Below are positions 59,779 through 64,000 of a stretch of 64,000 nucleotides of DNA, piece after piece. The notes below the pieces were generated by a model that worked only from the letters and a program-made list of their open reading frames with translations, was not told where the DNA came from and made no database searches. The translations under genes and the position numbers were made by a program. Source of the DNA: a virus (lineage: Duplodnaviria; Caudoviricetes); IMG/VR virus record IMGVR_UViG_3300037067_007554, positions 25,508-89,507 of that record; one strand, given 5' to 3'. Within the stretch, counting starts at the first letter, position 1. Every line of letters begins with the position of its first letter.

Positions 59779-60651
59779 CTAAAACAGCGTGTGGCCTTCT
59801 CTGGCATAACTCGGACCGTTCAACAGCAAGCACTCAACTGCTTTGGTGTCATTGACGCCGCGTCGGCCTTGGACGGCAAGTGCCTTTGACACCACAATTT
59901 TGCGAATGGACCATCCGGGATAAAGGTCCGCGAGCCGCGGGTCATCGTAATAGGACACCACTACGCGAGCTTGCGTGAATCGAACTAGGGCATCCGCCAG
60001 CCGTTGATGATCGCCATCCGCGAAGTCGTGGACGTACTTCGCTCCCTTGACCAGATAGGGCGGGTCCACGTAGATCGCAGTCCCCGACCGGTCCTCAATC
60101 TTCGGAAACAATTCAAAGGCATTGCGACAGAGGATGGTCACGTTGCGGATTCGCATCCTCCATGCCGGAATGGAATCGACGACAGAAGACCATCGTTTTG
60201 CAGCATGGCCGCCATTGGCCGTGTACCGAACACAGAATCCTCCGTTGTAGGACGCTGTCCCAGCTACGCCATTCCTTCCCAACCATGCACAGAGGAAGTA
60301 ATCGTAGGCTTCCTCAAGGCTTGGCGGTCCGTCGCCGGTATAGCCTCGGTCACGGTGTCGTTCTGCTGCCTCTCGGTGGAGTTGCTCGTGCATCAACGTT
60401 CTCCGGAGGCGGCGATACAGTTGAGAACCAAGGGTCTGGTTTTGAATCACGCGGGCAAGGTTGACCAAATCACCGTGCAGGTCATTGACTGTCTCCATCA
60501 CACAGGGCGCCTTGGCCAACAGCACGGCCATCGAACCGCAGAAAGGCTCCCAGTACACGCGGTGCGGCCCCAATTCCTCGACGATCGCTGGCGCGAGGTT
60601 TCGCTTGGAACCAAACCACGGAGCCAGGGCGGTGATCTGGGGCAGCGTCAT
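59779..60651 (-). CDS. DNA adenine methyltransferase (Dam/D12-like)
   Basis: PWFGSK, EPFCGS.AV, NDL.GDL.N, IYVDPPY. Confidence 0.9.
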   Translation of the reverse strand: MTLPQITALAPWFGSKRNLAPAIVEELGPHRVYWEPFCGSMAVLLAKAPCVMETVNDLHGDLVNLARVIQNQTLGSQLYRRLRRTLMHEQLHREAAERHRDRGYTGDGPPSLEEAYDYFLCAWLGRNGVAGTASYNGGFCVRYTANGGHAAKRWSSVVDSIPAWRMRIRNVTILCRNAFELFPKIEDRSGTAIYVDPPYLVKGAKYVHDFADGDHQRLADALVRFTQARVVVSYYDDPRLADLYPGWSIRKIVVSKALAVQGRRGVNDTKAVECLLLNGPSYAREGHTLF

Positions 60652-60669
60652 CCCTCGCCTCCCAAAAAG

Positions 60670-60973
60670 CTCGCGGCGGGCCGTCGTGAGACGCAACGGC
60701 ATGGGGCAAAGACGACCATCCCGTGTACCCGCCGCGAGTGTGTAAAATCCCCACCGGGCGACATCGTGCCGCAACTCCATGTGACTCCGGCAGGGATGCT
60801 CGTGGTCAACGCGGCGGGCCGGGTTTTTACAACGTGGAGCGAATCGCTCGCACCGTACCCAGGGTTGAAGGCCGAGGCCCTTGCCGCCTGTAAAGGCCAC
60901 CGCCGCGAGTGAAGAGTCAACGCGGCGGGCCGCATCCAGCGGGCTCCTTCTGGTGTCCTTTTGGGCCGCCGCG
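60670..60973. repeat. Alternating direct and inverted CCGCCGCG repeats, including a 16-bp direct repeat, downstream of the integrase
   Basis: GTCAACGCGGCGGGCC at 60805 and 60916; CCGCCGCGAGTG near 60729 and 60900. Confidence 0.6.
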
Positions 60974-60997
60974 GGAAATGAGAGAACGCCCGGCGTA

Positions 60998-61909
60998 TCA
61001 GGGCCTCGGCAGATGATCGACGAGTGACATAGGTGGACAGATTCGCGGGTCGATGTAACTCGCCCGCGCAATGCCGACGCCGTGCCCGACCATCGCGGCG
61101 GCTTGCTCGACGCCACAGCGTACCGCGGCGTAGCTCTCGGCACTCTTCCTTACGCAGTGGAAGCAATGTCGCCGGTCGCTCGGCAACCCCGCCGACTCCA
61201 GCAGCGAGTGGAATTTCTCCCACAACGTTCTCGGCCGCCGCCATGGAACGGGCCAGAGCCTGGGGTCCCCGGTCCATTCCAGGCGACGGCGAATCAATAC
61301 GAGTGTGTCGGGGTGCAGGCGGTAGACCCGAGGGCGTCTCTTGCCTTTCCGGCTGCAAGCCGGGACCATCCAGGTCCCTGCCCCCAGGTCTACGTCCACC
61401 GCCTTCGCCGACTTCAACTCGCCCACGCGAGCAGCCGTGTCCCACAGCATCGATAGGCCCATCGTCCAACAGAGCCCCGCCGGCACCTGTCCCCAGGCCC
61501 CAGAGACCTCGCTGGCCGCTTCCAGGAGCCGCCTGAACTCGTCCAACGTCCATGCTGTGGGAATCTGCTCTGGCACATTGAGCCGTGCAAGACGACGCGG
61601 TGGCGGATTGCAGGGCAGGTTGTGCTCGTTGGCCCACAGCCAGAGGCTGAAGAGCCCTGAGCGGTGGTTGTTGGCCGTCCGGGGAGATAACCCCGAGGTT
61701 TGCAACCACCGCATCAGGGCCAGCACGAACGGGACAGACAGGTCGCCCAGCCGCGCATGCCGGCCGCGACGATCCTGGACGAACCTGTCTGCCTTGCGAA
61801 CGGAGCCCAACAGTTGGGCCGCTGACGACGCCTGAAGATTCAACCGGGACCGACAGTAGAAATGATACAGACGAAACAGGGAGACGGGGCGGGAAGCAGC
61901 GCAAATCAT
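60998..61909 (-). CDS. Tyrosine recombinase / integrase (start uncertain, 61909-61948)
   Basis: TAARVGE (R), RKGK (K), FHCVRK (HxxR), VGH, SYID (Y). Confidence 0.88.
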   Translation of the reverse strand: MICAASRPVSLFRLYHFYCRSRLNLQASSAAQLLGSVRKADRFVQDRRGRHARLGDLSVPFVLALMRWLQTSGLSPRTANNHRSGLFSLWLWANEHNLPCNPPPRRLARLNVPEQIPTAWTLDEFRRLLEAASEVSGAWGQVPAGLCWTMGLSMLWDTAARVGELKSAKAVDVDLGAGTWMVPACSRKGKRRPRVYRLHPDTLVLIRRRLEWTGDPRLWPVPWRRPRTLWEKFHSLLESAGLPSDRRHCFHCVRKSAESYAAVRCGVEQAAAMVGHGVGIARASYIDPRICPPMSLVDHLPRP

Positions 61910-62077
61910 GGTGAGGTCTCCAGGTGCAGTATGGGCACCCGGAAACATCCATGCCGCCGGGTTGGCCCGGTGACAAGTAGAACTGTAGCGTAATTCGGGC
62001 TAGCGTGAAAATCATTGGGAATCCAGTCCTGTCGTTCCGTCCCACGGCGGCTCTTGCCGCTGGGGTTCCTGGGGTAT

Positions 62078-62626
62078 TTACTCCCCGGCCCCGTACCCGA
62101 ACCCGTACCCGGACCCGTAGCCGTAGCCGTAGCCGTAGCCGTTGCCGTAGCCGGCTACGGCCCCGTTCCCGACTCCGGCCCCGGTCCCGTCCCCGGCTCC
62201 GGCCCCGGCCCCGTTCCCGACTCCGGCCCCGGTCCCGTCCCCGGCCCCGGACCCGTAGCCGTAGCCGGAGCCGGAGCCGTAGCCGGCCCCGGCCCCGGTC
62301 CCGGTCCCGTCCCCGGCCCCGTACCCGGACCCGTAGCCGGAGCCGGAGCCGTAGCCGGCCCCGGCCCCGGTCCCGGTCCCGTCCCCGGCCCCGTACCCGG
62401 ACCCGTAGCCGTAGCCGGAGCCGGAGTGCGCCCATAATGGCAAACTGCCAGCGACAACCGAGGCGGGTTGGTGGAGAGACGCCTGTTCGGCCACGGTCAG
62501 CAGGTTGTGTTCTTCGGCCCACACCAAGTCTGAAAACTTCAGTTGGCCAATCGGCGTCCCAACCGCTGGAACGGAACACGCTCCAAGTCGCTTGGCCCGT
62601 TCCGCAATCTCAACGGTCAGTTCCAT
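62078..62626 (-). CDS. (Gly-X)n repeat protein
   Basis: GYGSGYGAGDGTG repeats in the C-terminal two thirds. Confidence 0.75.
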   Translation of the reverse strand: MELTVEIAERAKRLGACSVPAVGTPIGQLKFSDLVWAEEHNLLTVAEQASLHQPASVVAGSLPLWAHSGSGYGYGSGYGAGDGTGTGAGAGYGSGSGYGSGYGAGDGTGTGAGAGYGSGSGYGYGSGAGDGTGAGVGNGAGAGAGDGTGAGVGNGAVAGYGNGYGYGYGYGSGYGFGYGAGE

Positions 62627-62913
62627 GGCGACTTCTCCCAACGATTTACGGCGTCAGAAGTCACTTCCGCCACGCAAGTGATGTCGCGTAATTCGATGTC
62701 CGCCGGCGGGCCAACACGGCATGATGCACTTGGGCCAGCCGATGCCAGGCCGAGAAAGCCCTTTACGTCGGATGACCAGTACACACAGTTACGGGCGGCA
62801 CGGAGCTTAATCGTCGTGCCGGAAGTCTCGGTGGCGTAGCCGAAAAACACGCCACGATGAGCGGTGGTAACAAGAACCGCTCGCTCTTTCTTCGATCTCG
62901 GTTTCTTCGCCAT
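62617..62913 (-). CDS. DUF6948-like protein
   Basis: VLV.T..RGVF.G....I.L..AR..YW...L.LA..GP. Confidence 0.75.
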   Translation of the reverse strand: MAKKPRSKKERAVLVTTAHRGVFFGYATETSGTTIKLRAARNCVYWSSDVKGFLGLASAGPSASCRVGPPADIELRDITCVAEVTSDAVNRWEKSPWN

Positions 62914-62982
62914 TCGTCGGTCTCCTTTGTAAGTGATAATCCACGCTCGCAATCTTGCCGCTGGGTGTGACGAATCAAAGCC

Positions 62983-63231
62983 TCAGTCGGCTACCGATCT
63001 TGCCTCGTCCGTGTCAGGATCGATTTCGCGCTGCCGAGTGATGTCGTAAGAACCGCGCGGCAACTCGAATCGCTTGTGTTCCTCGTGTTCGATCGGTGTT
63101 CCGCTCGGCGCCGACAGGGTACGCACATCGCCATCGCCTTCAACCCAGGCGTCTCGCGCCGTCGCAACGTGTGCGTGCCCGGTCACCTCACCTTCCGCGA
63201 GTCGCTTGTGTCTCTTCTGGCTAGCCATCAT
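62983..63231 (-). CDS. Conserved phage protein (GEVTGHAH..HEEH..LP.G.Y..RQRE)
   Basis: Motif recognition; usual partner of DUF6745. Confidence 0.75.
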   Translation of the reverse strand: MMASQKRHKRLAEGEVTGHAHVATARDAWVEGDGDVRTLSAPSGTPIEHEEHKRFELPRGSYDITRQREIDPDTDEARSVAD

Positions 63232-64000
63232 GCAATCCTTTCCGGCCACCGCTTTGTTTTGGTGGCACCTTTGGGTCTGATAATTACGTCGCCGTGGAGC
63301 CACCACGGCGATCCGCTCTCGTCGTCAACGTCAGCCTCCTGCCGGTTAAGTCGAAAATTCATCGCCGCTTCGACGGTCTCGCACTCCATCGGCACGTACT
63401 CTACGTGCGTCAATTCAGGGAGCGACGGATTTTGCATTACCAACACCCTACGAATCCGCTCACCGAACTGAAGCTCCTCCAATCGGTACTCGCATGGCCA
63501 GTCATCTGAGATGGCCGTCCGTAGGCGAACAGTGCAAAGGTCGATCAGTCGGGAGCCGAGCTTGTACCGTATGCGATCTAGTCCGACTTTTCTCACGAAC
63601 TCCCGGCGAACCTCGGCGTTGGAGATCTCGGCGATTCGCCGCGGGTCGATGGCCGTGTCTTTGTCGAGTGCCAGCCAGGATGGTACGGCAACACCGTGCA
63701 GGTGCCACAGGCTCCATCCATCAGCCCAGCGTGCAGACGGGCCGCCATCACGGTGAAGCGCCGCGCCAGGCTCGTCGCGTTCCCAGTGGATCTCAACCGG
63801 GCGCCGACTCAACACATCCACATTGTCGTAAGGCCACCACCATCCAGCCGATTTAGCGTAACGAAACCACGCCTCCAACTTTTCCTGTGCGGAGGATTGG
63901 TATGGCATCGCAAGCGGTAATTGTCCGCAGAAATGATAAAACGCAATCCAGTAACCATCCGATTCCCCAAATCCCAGAGAATCCTCCAGAGAATCCCACA
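63228..64000 (-). CDS. DUF6745-like protein (N-terminus beyond the window edge)
   Basis: W..FY.F..GWWWPY..RRP..LHRDGGP...WADGW.L..LHGV.VP; frame is open to the window end. Confidence 0.8.
   Translation of the reverse strand, partial: WDSLEDSLGFGESDGYWIAFYHFCGQLPLAMPYQSSAQEKLEAWFRYAKSAGWWWPYDNVDVLSRRPVEIHWERDEPGAALHRDGGPSARWADGWSLWHLHGVAVPSWLALDKDTAIDPRRIAEISNAEVRREFVRKVGLDRIRYKLGSRLIDLCTVRLRTAISDDWPCEYRLEELQFGERIRRVLVMQNPSLPELTHVEYVPMECETVEAAMNFRLNRQEADVDDESGSPWWLHGDVIIRPKGATKTKRWPERIA

Noticed and set aside
60648-62691. Long ORFs 60648..62579 (-), 62005..62691 (+) and 62015..62437 (+) with RS/RG/PG repeats
   Set aside because: Alternate-frame products of the Gly-X repeat gene and the integrase, not independent genes
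1-64000. Diversity-generating retroelement, retron, CRISPR-Cas, rRNA, major capsid or terminase genes
   Set aside because: No reverse transcriptase (YxDD), cas, rRNA or core head/terminase motifs seen in this window; the core morphogenesis genes probably lie beyond the left edge

Overview
The whole window reads as part of a high-GC, temperate tailed-phage (or prophage) genome of more than 64 kb, cut at both edges. The host is probably a Planctomycete, inferred from several host-lineage-type genes (DUF1580-like HTH, a DUF1257/DUF2997/Ycf46/DUF3150-like module, an INVLALVKG..YDAAVLSQKIR domain and a PTDARPG..LWH protein). Layout: (i) 1-1.1 kb, a Pro/Gln-rich putative scaffold gene on the - strand; (ii) 1.3-8.6 kb, a + strand run of coupled small ORFs, including five tandem SPEPW..ACVNA paralogs, ending in an AAA_25/RepA-like helicase; (iii) 8.6-9.5 kb, a repeat-rich non-coding gap; (iv) 9.5-28 kb, a + strand 'early/accessory' region of individually leadered small genes, an AAA+ module, an HNH endonuclease, a ribosomal bL12 N-terminal-domain-like ORF and a serine recombinase; (v) 28-37 kb, - strand virion-accessory and membrane/lysis-like genes; (vi) 37-64 kb, - strand nucleases, DUF5131, two HNH genes, DnaB with an initiator, Bet/YqaJ recombination genes, a Dam-like methylase, a tyrosine integrase and a DUF6948/Gly-rich/DUF6745 cluster. 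The strongest unexplained signals are a strand-polarised RTGCCGCCA(G) motif (19 copies at 10.9-26.4 kb, Chi-like in sequence and orientation), an array of small genes each headed by a covarying ACTCGCCCG hairpin leader, a promoter-hairpin cassette shared by all three HNH genes, and the stand-alone bL12-NTD-like gene. All family assignments come from motif recognition by eye, not from database searches.
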